64,000 nucleotides of DNA from assembly GCA_001662655.1 (NCBI GenBank), contig KV460253.1. One strand, written 5' to 3'. Position numbers and translations under genes: made by a program. The notes beneath the pieces are model-generated. The model saw nothing but the letters and a program-made list of their open reading frames with translations, did no database searches and was not told the origin of the DNA. Source of the DNA: Pseudogymnoascus verrucosus. Its lineage: Eukaryota. This document shows, one piece after another, positions 14,445 to 26,870 of the stretch (positions within the stretch are counted from its first letter, which is position 1; the number at the start of each line of letters is the position of its first letter).

Positions 14445-15830
14445 ATGTCGTCGGCACACGCCCCAAACTTCTCTGATAATGCCGAGTCGACGGGGATGTT
14501 GTGGATTCATGTTGCGTTTCCGTTGACTTTTGTTGCGGGCATTCTGGTGGGAATTCGTTTCTGGTGGAGATATAGCCAGACTGGTTCTGTTGGGAAGTCT
14601 GACTGGTGTGTTCTTGCTGCGTTGGTGAGAATTGCTTTTGAAAGATTTTATAGACCTATCCTAACAAGTCTCTAGGTAAATGCTTTTATCCAACTCGCTG
14701 TTGGAGCCGTTGGTTTGTTGCATCTTGCCCAGCGTTGAACGAAATCTGACAACTCATTTAGCAATGCTTCAATGGGGTTTTGGTCACCACGTTCAGTACC
14801 TGATCAAGCATAATGGCATCAAATATGTCCAGATGTCTGGCATGGTAAACAGTATGCCTCTCAATTCTTCGTAACCCCACTAACACCGCCAGTACTTCTA
14901 CATCTACCAAATCTTCTACAAAATGCTCGTCTCCTTCACCAAGCTCTCCTTCCTCTACCTCTACCTCGACATCTTCACCGGCCACCCCCGCTTCCGCACC
15001 ATCTGCCAGCTAACAATCTACTCCGTCTGGGCGGCCCTCATCGCCTTCACCCTCGCCACCACCTTCCAGTGCGAACCCATCAAGTTCAACTGGAACAAAA
15101 CCATCAAGGGCGGGCACTGCTTCAAGGCCCCGCCCTTCTGGTACGCCCACGCCGCCTGGAACACCGCCTTTGACATCTTCGTCTTCCTGCTTCCCATCCC
15201 CGTGATCCGCAGTCTTCAGATGGGACGGAACCAGAAAGCCGCCTTGATGGGCGTTTTCATCCTGGGAGCCTTGTACGTCTCCCTCTTCTATATTCCCATT
15301 TCCCCCACCCCGCCCCCCTTTCGAATATCTAATGAGATCCCATACTAACCCCCCCTCCCCACAGCGTCTGCATAACCTCCGTCATGCGCGTAATCTTCCT
15401 CGACATCGCCGCCAAAACCGTCACCGACGACATAACATTCAGCACCAACCGCGCCTTCCTCTGGACGCACATCGAGTCCTGCGTCGGCATCATCTGCGCC
15501 TGTCTGCCCACCCTCAAAGCGCCCATATCTCGCGCCCTCCCCAAACTCTTCCCCTCCTCCTGGCCCAGCGGCGATCGCTACAATCTCGAGGACGTGACGA
15601 AGGGGTCGGTGGCCGCCGCCGCGGGGAAGGGGACGTGGAAGGATGGGAGCGTGTTTGCGGGCAGTAAGGCGAGGGATTCGGATGGCGATACGCAGGGGAG
15701 TCAGGAGCAGATTATGGGGATTAAGAAGACGGTTGATGTTAGGGTTGTGAGGGGGGATGGGGGAGTGGGGGAGGAGGAGGAGAGGAGGCAGAAGGGGGGG
15801 AGGAGGGATCAGTTTGGGGAGCCGGTGTAG
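14445..15830 (+). CDS. Pth11-like (fungal rhodopsin-domain) integral membrane protein without CFEM; 4 introns
   Basis: Motifs GKSDWCVL, WGFGHH, TKLSFLYLYL, FQCEPIKFNWN, DIFVFLLPIP, WTHIESCVGIICACLPTL. Four GT...CTRAC...AG introns restore one frame. Confidence 0.88.
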
Positions 15831-16432
15831 GGGTCTCGTGGACTGTGGTGCTGGTGCGCAAGTCTTGTTTTCTTGGGGTGGGCGTGTTTGGATAGAATGG
15901 CGGATAAAAAGGGGGACGTAGAGTGTATATCTCATGAATCGAGAAATGTCGATTGTGTAACTAGCAGGGAGAATAAAATGCGTGTTTTTTTATGTCATCT
16001 TCGAGCATTTTTTTGCTCCGTCTCATTGACGATTCTATTTACCGTCTAAGGCTCCCGTATTCTTCCCATTTCCCAACGAGATTACTATCATCCCGGCTTA
16101 TGCACAGCCTGTGCGTTGCTGCTGCTACCTTTATCGCCTTGGCGGTTTCTCTTCCAGCAGCTGGGTTCTAGCTCGGACAGGGCGCCTGGCCTTCATGCCA
16201 TCTCCTTCTTACTATTACGAGTAATGCGAGGGAGCCGTGTAACCTTTCCATGTAGTTACACAAACCCCCGGCGCGCGCCTGGCCACGGCTACTCCACTCC
16301 CCAACGTATTACGACGTTCGAGCCACGCCGTGGCCACGCGATGCACGCACTCCCCCCCGGCCTTCGCCGCAATGAAACCACATCCCATGAACAACCCGAC
16401 CCCATAACCTTCATCTCCCAACCCCCATCATC

Positions 16433-17770
16433 CTACCTCCCCAACCCCCCAACCACCGCACTAACCATAACAGCAACCTCCCTCTCCCACTCCGCCATCC
16501 GCCTCTCATCCCTCATCTTCCCCGCCCCACTCGGAACCTGACACCCCCTCGCCACCGCCTCCGCCACCATATCTCTAACCGCACTCCTATTACTCTTGAG
16601 CGTCCTAGCTTGCACTCCCCCGGCCTTAACCAGCTCCTGCACGCGGGGCGACAAGGCCGATGCGAGGCTGCGCCAGAAATAGCTGGTTAGGCTACTTGTC
16701 TCTAGCGCTGCTAGGACGGGGACGAGGAAGTTGGGAGGCGTGGAGAGGGAGGGGAGGGTGGGGGCGTTGAGGGAGGAGAGGAGGAGTTCGAGAGCCACGA
16801 GGTTTTGGCACCGGGAGGAGACGAGGAGGAGGGCGTCGTCGAGGGTGCGGAGGACGCCGAGGGCGCGGATTATGGAGGTGGTTGAGGTGGTGAGGGCGAC
16901 GCGGAGGTATTCTTGGATGGATTGGACCATCCACTCTGCTTCGAATCTTGTGCTTTTTCCTCTCTTCGGTGGTTGCGGGGAGAGTAGGTACAGTGTCTGT
17001 AAGGCGGAGGTGGCGCGGGACTTTGCGTCCTCGGCTTGTGCGTAGGTGCTCCCGGAGCCGGCGAGCGTTGACATGGAGAAATCCCGTACGACTTGTTGGG
17101 CTTTGGCGTGGAGTGATCGTTCAGCCGGAGCGATCAGTTCACGCTGCAAAGCAGCAATAGCGTGCACTTTCTCGAGGTTCTCGCCCTCTTCCCCAGGGCC
17201 GTTAGCGGCGAGCAGCGCGCGGCAGGAGAGGATTGTGTTTGAAGCCCGGACGGTGGAGCGGTGGTCATCTCGTGACTGGGCGTTGCGGGGCTGCTGCTCA
17301 GACATCTGGACTTCGAGCTGCCGCCCCAGTTGTAGGGCGCGGCCGACGGAGCGGCCTAGGCGGACGGTGTGCCATAAGCGCTCTGAGACGCGCTGGACTT
17401 CTTCAGCGGCTTCGTGGCGCGAGATGACTTCCTGCTCCAGGCGCTTGTAGGAGTCGTTCAGCGAGGCGGCCTGGGAGGAGAGCTCGCTGACGATGTGTTC
17501 TGAGGCGTGGGCTTGTGTTTCGGTGTGTGAGAGGAGGGGGAGGGCGGAGGCGGAGGTGAGGGTGTGGATGTGGGAGTCGACTTCTTGGATGTCGAAGAGG
17601 ACGCGGGAGAGAGGGGTTGAGAGGTCGAGGGGGGAGTCAGTGGCGTTGTTGGTTGTGAGGACGAGGGTGTTGGCGAAGGCGGGGGCGGAGAAGGAGGGAT
17701 CGAGGAAGAGCTCGTAGTCGATGTAGGAGGGGTCGGAGGCTTCGGCCTGGTTGTTGGAGGTGGAGGCCAT
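16433..17770 (-). CDS. COG5: Conserved oligomeric Golgi complex subunit 5
   Basis: 445-aa ORF. N-terminus SYIDYELFLDPSFS...FANTLVLTTNN...DLSTPLSRVLFDIQEVDSHI and C-terminal YFWRSLAS...WEREVAVMV match fungal Cog5. Confidence 0.88.
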   Translation of the reverse strand: MASTSNNQAEASDPSYIDYELFLDPSFSAPAFANTLVLTTNNATDSPLDLSTPLSRVLFDIQEVDSHIHTLTSASALPLLSHTETQAHASEHIVSELSSQAASLNDSYKRLEQEVISRHEAAEEVQRVSERLWHTVRLGRSVGRALQLGRQLEVQMSEQQPRNAQSRDDHRSTVRASNTILSCRALLAANGPGEEGENLEKVHAIAALQRELIAPAERSLHAKAQQVVRDFSMSTLAGSGSTYAQAEDAKSRATSALQTLYLLSPQPPKRGKSTRFEAEWMVQSIQEYLRVALTTSTTSIIRALGVLRTLDDALLLVSSRCQNLVALELLLSSLNAPTLPSLSTPPNFLVPVLAALETSSLTSYFWRSLASALSPRVQELVKAGGVQARTLKSNRSAVRDMVAEAVARGCQVPSGAGKMRDERRMAEWEREVAVMVSAVVGGLGR

Positions 17771-18489
17771 TGTGGCGGGTGGTCGTGGTACTGGGATTGA
17801 GGTTATAATGGCTTTGGCATTGGGACTATGGGGAAGTCGAAAATGGTGAATGTGTTGTTATTGTGTTTCTGTGTTACTGTGTTAACTAGCCAGGTACATC
17901 AAAGATTTGTGAAGCTGTCACTCTAACACACACAGACCAGGGACCATCGGATGAATTGTTTCGCCGCGATCCGGAAGTTTATGGAAGCTTGGACCATGGG
18001 TGCGTCATGGCTTTTAAGTCCAAACGGCTTCTCCAAAGATCCTAAAAGGATGGAATGGTACGAGTACGAGAGGGAAGTTAGGGTTCAGGACGCTATATAT
18101 TAATTATCGTCGAGATTATTAGTAGAAACAAGTCTAATTATCTTCTATAATAATTGAGATTTTGAAGAAAAACTGCAGCGTTATCATACTGTACATACAA
18201 CAGTTCTGCACCCAGCCAAGACATCGACGGGTTCCCCGGACTAGGCCTGTCAGTAAAGCCTATCATAGCTTCCCCGACGTCAACTGTCAACACAACCAGT
18301 TCCCGTGCCTGCACCTGGCATTTCCATCAACAAATACCTCCAGCATATCATTATCACCCCTAGCAATCCCTCCAGCTCGAGCAATGTGCTCAATCGAAGA
18401 GTGAATGCGATTCTAAGCGCGAGACGACAACACTCATCCACGCCTCCGAAGCTCCGTCATTGTTACCACCACCCCCACCCACCACCAGG

Positions 18490-20209
18490 ATGCCTCTCTT
18501 CGACGCGCGCGACATCCTCTCCTTCCCCGGCGGCAACAACGCCAGCGACACCGTCATCGCGGGGATAAACTTCAATCTCACCACTCTCCAGCACTGGAAC
18601 TACACCCTCTACTCCAATGGGACCCTCTCGAACAACTCAAACTGCTTCCTCACCTTCGAGCCATACACCCCGCACCTCCTCGCCAACGGCACATTCCTCA
18701 ACACGACATCATGCTACAGCCCCTTAAACGGCCTCGGGAACCGTGCGAAGCCCGGCATAGCCCTAGGTGTCTTCTTCGGCCTCAGCCTCGTCTTCACAAT
18801 GATCAACCTGCGCAAGCACGGAAGGCTCTTCCTGCCATCTGAGAAGCGCTTCCACGCCATCGGGCGCCGCTGGCAGTGGTACTGGATGCTCTGGGTAGCC
18901 GGATGCGGGATGGCCAGCGGCTTCACCAGCGTCGACGTCGACCGCTACTACCTTCCCGAGTGGCCACTGATCCTCAACTCCATCTTCTGGTACCTGATGA
19001 TCCCCAGCACCCTAGCCGTCGTATGGGAAAGCGTGCGCCACTGGGGAAGTTGGCAAGAGCGCCAAGTCATCGACCCAGACCCCTTCATCCTAAGCCAAAA
19101 CGACAAAAGAGGCCGGAGGGAATTCTACATGCCCCTCGTCTTCTACGGCTTCGGCTTCCTCGTGAGTCCCCTAGCCTGACCCCTACACCCACCCACCCCC
19201 AAAATCGAAGAAAAAAATCACGCCACTAACACACCCCCCACAGCACTTCTTCATGGCCGTCCCCCGCAACTGGACACCAATTTCCTACCAACGCTCCCCC
19301 GACCAAACCCTCCAAGTCGCCGCTCCCCAAGCGACAGACGGGCGCTTCAAAGCCGGCGCCGTGTTCCTCTTCTTCGCCTGGTGCACCATCCTCTTCTCCC
19401 TCGCCCACTCCATGCACTACTACACCCCGCGCCCCTCGCTCTTCCGCACCATCCTCTCCACCCCCCCGGCCTTCCTCCTCACCCTCCCCCTCTCCCTCAC
19501 AATAGTAGCCTACCAATTCCTCTCCGCCTTCTCCTTCGCTCACTCCCCGCTTAACCTCCACGCTTCCCCAGCAATAATCTACCCCCTGGGATGGGCACCA
19601 ATCGTGTTCATCTTCATCATCCACGAAATAGCGGGGTACATCCACCCCAACGAAGACCGCGAACTAATCCGCCAACGCCGCCTCCGCGGCCAGGAACTCG
19701 ACCGCGAAATGGGATATACGCGCAAACCCCCCTGGTGGCGCCGGTTGAACGGCAACCAAAACATGACCGTGCAGCAAGCCCTCGCCCGGAACGCTCAGGA
19801 AGTCAGCGGTACCGCTCCCAGAACGGCGGATGGCTCGGTGGCGAAAGATGATGTGGAGATGTCGCCTATGCTGCCGTCGAAGCGAAATCTAGATCGCGAG
19901 GTGAGGATTGATAATACACCCGCTGGTCGCGCGCTAGCGCGTCGCGAGGGCAGGAAGGAGGCGGAGCTGGATGAGGCGCTGCGAGAGGCGGCGAGAGCGC
20001 TGTTCCCGGCGCCGGCGGAGAGGAAGAAGACGGATCCGGCGTATTTGATGAGTGATGATTTGGAGGATCGCGGACGGCCGGGGGTGGGGACGGGGGCGGG
20101 CGTGGGGGGGGATGAGAGTGGGAGGAGTGGGAGTACGGGGAGTGTGGAGTCGGGGACGACGATGGTGGGGGCGAAGCCGCAGGTTGTTAAGAGTATGTTG
20201 GATATTTAG
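18490..20209 (+). CDS. Conserved fungal multi-pass membrane protein (DUF2434-like); intron about 19162..19243
   Basis: FNLTTLQHWNYTLYSNGTLSN, GRRWQWYW, WESVRHWGSWQERQ, NEDRELIRQRR and terminal VKSMLDI. GTGAGT...CTAAC...CAG intron links two ORFs. Confidence 0.8.
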
Positions 20210-20579
20210 GGTAAAAAGGGGGGGATGGGGTTGTGGTTGGTCTTGATTTGGGGGGTTGGGATATTGGGATTTTGGGATAATTAGGGGGTATTTGGGATGG
20301 GATATAACTATGGCATAAAATGGTACATACACGGCGGCGGTTATGGGCGTGGGCACTCGAATTCGCTTTTTTAATATATATTGATTCATATACAACTTCT
20401 ATACTTGCATTTTTTGTTTAGCAGCTGTGTATATAATTTCCTCTCTTCAAAAAAAAAATCTAAGTTCTTCTGGATATGCTGAATATAAGTAAAAATTCCC
20501 CTCCCACTTTCTACGCGTAAGAAACAACCGCATTCGGCGGACATCATATCATGTCCATCTCTTTAAATAATAAACCCGC

Positions 20580-22719
20580 TCAAGCACCCCCCTCAACACC
20601 CTCCATCCTCTCCCCCCTCTCCCCCTCAACATCCCTCATCAACCACCCCATCATCCCCCACAACGCCCCCATAGCCTCAACCCTCTCCTCCGCCTTAAAA
20701 AGATCCCACCACCTACTCCTCCACACCGTCACTCCCACCTCCCCCTCCTCCCCCCCATTCCCATGCCCATTCACCCCACCCCCCCCCGCCCCCGCACACC
20801 CCGGCCCCTCCCCCTCCCCATCCAGTCCCTCCAACCCCACCAAAACCCCCCTCCCAACCCTCAACCTCGAAATCGCAACATGGTGATTCAAACAACTCAC
20901 CAAGAAAACATCATCCCACTCCGCCCCCGGTTCGCGGCCTATACACTGATAGCGCGCTTTTCGGTCCCAGGTCGTGGAGGGGGGGCGGAGCTGGCGGTAG
21001 GCGTCGTAGAGGGAGGTGGTTTTGCGGGTTGTGCGGCGTTTTGGGGGGGGGCGGGGGGCAGCGGTTGTGGGGGTGGGTGAAGAAGATGTGTCGGGCAAGT
21101 CCGAGGAGGAAGCGGAGGGGGCAGCAGCAGCAGCAGCAGCGAGAGTAGGCGCAACTGCCATACCTTCTTCTTTCCCAATCGGCCCCCCCGGTCCGCCGCC
21201 CCAGCGCGGTTTAAAACACCACCATTTCTCCGGATCAGCAGGATCGTATTTCCGCTCCTCCCTCCCCTCTCGATTTCGCTGCTGGGCAGCTACGAAGAGC
21301 GCGGCCGTTTCGCGTGCGAGATCGAGGAGTTCATCGAGGGGTTTATCGAAGGACGTTGCGTGCCGTGCGGAGAGAGCGGCGAGGGGTCCCTCGACGATGC
21401 CGCCGCGGGCGGAGAGCCGGTCGGAGGGCGTGCGGTAGATGAAGGATATATTTGTTGGAAACGAGGATGGCGGGGAGGAGTTGGGGAAGCTCGAGTTTGG
21501 TGGGGGGGAGAGGGAGGGACCGATGTGCAGACGCGGCTCGACGCGGGGGAGGGAGACGTTGCAGCTGAAATCGTAAGCGACTAACTTGACGAATGCGGCG
21601 AGGAGGGCGGCGCGGAAATCGGGAGGGGTTTGCGACCCGGTGCCGGAGCGGATGTGGATTCGTTGATGTACGGGTTCCGGGGCGTCGTCGGTGGCGAGCG
21701 GTTCGGGACCGGAGAGCGAGGTGTCCACCCAGAAGCCGGAGATGAGCTCGAGGTTCTTGAAGAACTCGTAGGCGTTGCCGAGGCGCGCGGTGGGGTGGGA
21801 GGGGGTGGAGGGGAGGCGGCGCACGGTGCGGAAGGCGGCGGGGTTGGGGGTGGAGAGTTCTTTCATGCGCTCGGTGTAGGTGGAGCGGCCGGGGGCGGGG
21901 CGGCCGTTGTTGAGTGGCAGCGGCGGGGTGGGCGGGAGGTCGTCGAGGTCGTCGGGGTCGGTGTCGGAGGGGTCGGGGAGGGGGGTTGACCAGGACGAGG
22001 GGGGGAGGAAGGAGGGGTCGGGGAGGAGGGAGGTGAGGGGTGCGTCGGGGATGATGTGCAGGCCGAGAGCTTCGAAGTGGGAGAGTTTTATGTCGGCTGG
22101 CCGCTGGATGGAGCGGATGTAGGTGCGGAGCGGGATGTCGTGTGGTGGGGGGGTTGCGGTGCCGGGGGCGCGAGGGAGGAGGGAGGGGAACCGGACGGGT
22201 GTTGGGGGGGGGATCTCATGCGGTTGGCTTGGTTCGGATGGTGATGCTCCTGGAGGACCTGTGGTGTGAAACGTTAGATGGGTGCCAAGCGCGTTTGAAG
22301 GGAGTGCGGATGCGGTATGCCCGCTGTATCCGGTGACGGATGCGGAATTGAGGATATGCGACGGGGGGATCCCGCGGAGATGGAGAGGGGGGAGGCGCGG
22401 TAATTCATGGAGACAGATGGCGGGTGAGTGCCGCGCGAACTGGAGGCCATTGCGGCGGTGGGGGAGGGAAGGGGGGGGTATGGGGAAAGGGAGGGGGGTA
22501 GGCGCATCGGAAGCCGGGAGAGCAGGCCACGAGGAGATGGTCACAGAACGGATGAACTCTCGGGAGTACCCTTCTGTCTATGAATGCTATGGACGCGCAT
22601 TTATAGGCCGAAGGGCGGGGGTAGGAGGTAAAGATAGAGACAGTAGAGAGAGGTTGGTATGACATACCTTGAGCGGCTCCCGCTCCCGCGCTGGCAGCTT
22701 GGAGTATACCGCTGAACAT
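20580..22719 (-). CDS. Hypothetical fungal protein; short exon 1 (22668..22719) and a 409-nt intron (22259..22667)
   Basis: Long ORF with globular-looking blocks (WWCFKPRWGGGPGGPIG, WDDVFLVSCLNHHVAI, WRSRWWDLF). GCCATG start, GTATGT donor and CTAAC...ACAG acceptor give an in-phase junction (Q-G|PPG). Confidence 0.75.
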
Positions 22720-24113
22720 GGCTGCGGGGAAATGGGACAATGACAGCTGGCAGTAGCTCAGAGATTGGCTGTCAGACAGAGAAAGATAACAGAAGCAATA
22801 GAAATCTTTTGTCTATATCATGTCGAGTAGCTGTGAGTATATGGTATATAGTATAGTACAGCCAGAGAGAGAAGCCGTTTAAATGTTTTTGAGGGGGTGA
22901 TGTTTGTTGTAGTTCAAGAGTGTGGGGTTGGGCGGCGGTGGTGGCTTCGGTGTGGGACGGTGGGATGGCCCCACACACAGACACTAAGGTGACAACACCT
23001 GTATAGTTGTATAGTGGGACGACAGTGGAAAGATAGTAAAGGACCGGATTGGATAGTTGAGGACGGTACAGGCACAAGACTGGACAGTTAAGGATAATAG
23101 CTCCGACCGGGACGCCGGTTCACATCCGGGGACGCACGAGAATGCCAGATAGGGCAATTTGGTGTAATATATGCTGTGCGATGTTGTGCGGTTCCGGCGC
23201 GGTTGTACCTGCAGAGGCAGGGAAGGGGCAGTAGTAATAAAAAGGGTATTAAGAATCACACACTTGAGTTTCAATGCTTCAAAGAAGGGGTTCTGTGTGT
23301 CTTCGTTGAAAATTATATTTATATATCCATTTATTATTAGAAAATGTAAATATAAATGTCCAGTGTATATAAATATCTTTGTGATAGTTTGGTTCCTGGC
23401 GTCGAGGTGGGGTAAAATGTGTGCACGTGACAACCAAGGTCGATGTCGGCACAGTAATTACATTTCTCCGTCTTCCCCTCCAACATCCACCAACCAACCA
23501 ACATATAACCACAAACATCAACCTCAAAATACAGTATATTATACGTATTATATTCGCATCAACTGCTGCTCGGACTTGTCTTAATTATGTAGTATTATGC
23601 CGTCTCTACCAAATTTTCATCTCGTCGTTGTGTGCATTTTCAACCCATTTAACCTTCTTCAGGGGCCTGTCAAGGATTATCCAGGATGCTTTGTTTCTGA
23701 TTCCTCAAGCGAGGAGTCAAAGTGCTTCATGTATGTTACATCAACGCTAGTATTGGCCAACGTCACCGCCCATCTGGCGCTTCTGAGACGCCATAGCCCT
23801 CATCATCCCCTCACACATCCGCCATCCGCCCTCGATGTGACAGCGGCCTGTGACACTGGCCTCTGTCCATGACGCTTCGTCTGCGGTCTTGGATGTCTGG
23901 GGCGTAACATGGAGTAAGTAGCATGTCCCATTAGCGCTGATCAACCAGCGTATCTCCCCATTTCCTTACTCTCACTGTTGCTCGTCTTCTCTTCTCGTCA
24001 ACGAACATGTTTATGGCCTCATTTTGACCGGCCTGTGTGCCTTTTTTCCATTTCTCAGCTGTTATCGTTCTTCACTTCTCACATAGCGACTGGTCGCTCT
24101 TTCTTTTTTCATC

Positions 24114-26159
24114 ATGTCCCTGCCGGCAGGGGGGTTTATCACGACTCGTGATGGGAAGCGATGCACTGCGGTCCCGAAGACGATCAAGAGCAGTTCGAAA
24201 ACGAGCACTCAGGCGGCAACGACAACCCAGAGTTCGGACAATAACAATATTAACGACGGCAATAACAACGCCAATAACGATTCCGATGATGTGGCCACAA
24301 CAACGGTGAACCCCGCGGCGAATGTTGTGCTAGGCTCTCCCACGACAATTCAAGATGCTCCGGCGACGACGACAGTGGATCCACCAGCAACAACAGAAGA
24401 TCCAGTCATCGAGACGCCGAGTGACACTGTGGTTCCGCCCACCACAACGCCAATAGCGGAGATAGATCCAGCGGCAGTTGCAGCTCAATTTGGCGTCACA
24501 TCATCGACTCCGATATCAACCCCGACGCCAACAGAAACGCCAGCGCAATCAGCTCTGGCGCAAGCAGTACAGCCTGACCCAGAGTCGGTGACGGATGCTC
24601 CAATTATCGCATCTGATACGGCAACATCTGACAGTACGACATCTGATATCGCAGTCGTACCAATTGCAACCACACCGCCTGCGGCAGACTCTGCTGAGAG
24701 CGACATTGCATTCCCCACCGACCCAGTGGTCCCGTCCTCGACCAACAATCAACAGCTGATAGCCGTCATCCCAACCGTCCTAGCGGATACGCCCACACCC
24801 ACCGGTCCCGGTTCAGCCGCCGAGTCCGCAACCCTCGAAAGCTCCAGCCAAACCGGCAAAGTCGCCGTCGGTCACCTAGTCGGCGGCATCGTCGGCGGCA
24901 TCTCCCTCATCGCCCTCCTCGGCTGCCTCTGGCTCTACTTCATGCGCCGCCGACGCCGCCGCGACACCCTCACGCCCCTCTGGGTGCAATCCGAAAAAGG
25001 CCCCCCAGTAGCCTACTACGAGATCGACAACGCATCCGTCGGCCCCACCTCCCTCGGCTCAAAATGGAAAGCCAAAGCCACCTCACGCTACCACGGCGTC
25101 GTCGGCGGCTTCACGGCGCTCTCCTCAAAGATGGGTCACAAGCCCAGCCCGAGCGTCAACCTCAACCGCGGGAACTCCCAATTCCTCGCCCCATCATTCT
25201 CAACGCACAGCCGCTCATCCTCCTCCATCTCTCATCCCCCTACCGCCCTCACCCGCCGCGAACGCGCGAGGGATTGGTGGGATCGCCTCACCGCCGACGC
25301 GGTATTCAACTGGGCGCTTTCTCGCCACACTAAGCCTACCACCGCCGACCCACCATCGCATTTCACGCGTTCCCGCTCTGCGTCGCCGTCTTCAAGGCAT
25401 CAGTCACAGGATCTAACACAGTACCTCGCCTCCAAAGACCGCGAGATGCGCGATGCTGGCGCCGCTGCAGGTTTGCCTGCTGATCACCGCCGGTCCATCT
25501 CCCTCCCGCCACCTACACGCTCGCGCGAGGACCTAGGGGATGGGAGTCTCGGAATCGATTTCTCGGACCTAGGGAACCCGTTCTCGGACCCGGCGCCTAC
25601 AGCTGCTACACGCACACTAGCACCCAACCCCTTCGCCGACCCCTCGCCCGCCGCAGCAGGAGTATCACGGCCCCAGCCATCAGTGGGAACGACGTACGTC
25701 GCTGATGTTCGGAGAAGTAGGGGACAGAGCTTCAGCACACCCCGCCGCGCAAGTATCCGCACCAGCCGCGAGCGCAGCAGAGATCGAGACACCATGCTCA
25801 GCAGCGCCACGACCAACACGCGTCGCGGCAAGGGGCGGAGCGATCCCTTCGATCTCGAGCGTCCGGAACTCCTCCGCGGTGTCAGCGCCGGGACGAGGGG
25901 GAGCGTGTTGAGTGATGTCCAGGAATTGCCTAGTTCGGCGGGGAGTTCGTTGAAGGGGGGTGTTGCTGGTGGGGGTGGGGGGATGATGATGGGTGCTGTG
26001 GGGGATGGGGGGGAGAAGGTGTTGGGGGTGGGGTTGAGTCATGAGAGTTGGACGAGTAGGTATAGTCGCGGGAGTAGTGCGGGGTTTAGTGATTGGGGGG
26101 ATCCTGGGCCGGATTTGGGACCTAGGGGTGGGTATGGGGGGGTGGGGACTGCTATGTGA
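24114..26159 (+). CDS. Ser/Thr/Pro-rich single-pass membrane protein (Mid2/Wsc-like architecture)
   Basis: 681-aa ORF: S/T/P/D-rich N-terminal half, one TM segment (GGIVGGISLIALLGCLWLYFM) followed by RRRRRR, and a tail with NPFSDP/NPFADP. Confidence 0.75.
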   Translation: MSLPAGGFITTRDGKRCTAVPKTIKSSSKTSTQAATTTQSSDNNNINDGNNNANNDSDDVATTTVNPAANVVLGSPTTIQDAPATTTVDPPATTEDPVIETPSDTVVPPTTTPIAEIDPAAVAAQFGVTSSTPISTPTPTETPAQSALAQAVQPDPESVTDAPIIASDTATSDSTTSDIAVVPIATTPPAADSAESDIAFPTDPVVPSSTNNQQLIAVIPTVLADTPTPTGPGSAAESATLESSSQTGKVAVGHLVGGIVGGISLIALLGCLWLYFMRRRRRRDTLTPLWVQSEKGPPVAYYEIDNASVGPTSLGSKWKAKATSRYHGVVGGFTALSSKMGHKPSPSVNLNRGNSQFLAPSFSTHSRSSSSISHPPTALTRRERARDWWDRLTADAVFNWALSRHTKPTTADPPSHFTRSRSASPSSRHQSQDLTQYLASKDREMRDAGAAAGLPADHRRSISLPPPTRSREDLGDGSLGIDFSDLGNPFSDPAPTAATRTLAPNPFADPSPAAAGVSRPQPSVGTTYVADVRRSRGQSFSTPRRASIRTSRERSRDRDTMLSSATTNTRRGKGRSDPFDLERPELLRGVSAGTRGSVLSDVQELPSSAGSSLKGGVAGGGGGMMMGAVGDGGEKVLGVGLSHESWTSRYSRGSSAGFSDWGDPGPDLGPRGGYGGVGTAM

Positions 26160-26870
26160 GGGTTGAAGGTATCTTTTTTTGGTAGGTGAAGTGTTGGGTT
26201 GGGTGGAGTGAGGGAGTTTGGGGGGGGTAGGAAGGGGCGTTGGGGTGGGTGGGTGGTGGGTGGTGTACGAGGGGTGTACTGTACAGTACGGCTTCAAGAG
26301 GAGGATCCTGGGGATGGGGAAGAAGGGGGAGAGAGGCATATCATCAGCACAGCATGTTTTTCCATTCGTATTAATTGCGCAAAGAATTATTTCTGTACTC
26401 TGTACTCGTGTCTCTCCCTATCATATCATATCCCATCCCATTGACAATGTCCATGTGCAGCCCAATGCAGCCCAGCTCCATATCCCCAACTTATGCTATG
26501 CACAACATAAAACCAACGAACGGGGTATCCCAAATATACAACAGCATATGCTTGCTCTTCTGTGCCCTCTCTTTCCTTCCCTCTGCTTTGCTTGCCCCAA
26601 GATGGCGTATTGGCAGATACAGTAAATAGAATATATATAAAAACGCACCAACACCGTGCTAAATGATTTCCCACCCACACCCCTTACCCAACCCAAGCAA
26701 CCCAGATCCCTTCCCCTGTTCATTAAAACAACACCACTCAAAATATCACACTCACGGCGGACTACCCGCCGCTTCAACTCCAATCTCAAAAGTAGATACG
26801 ATACACCATCCATCCCCTTCTCCACAAACACGCAAAAAGCGCCAAAGCAAAAAAAAAAAAAAGGCAACAA

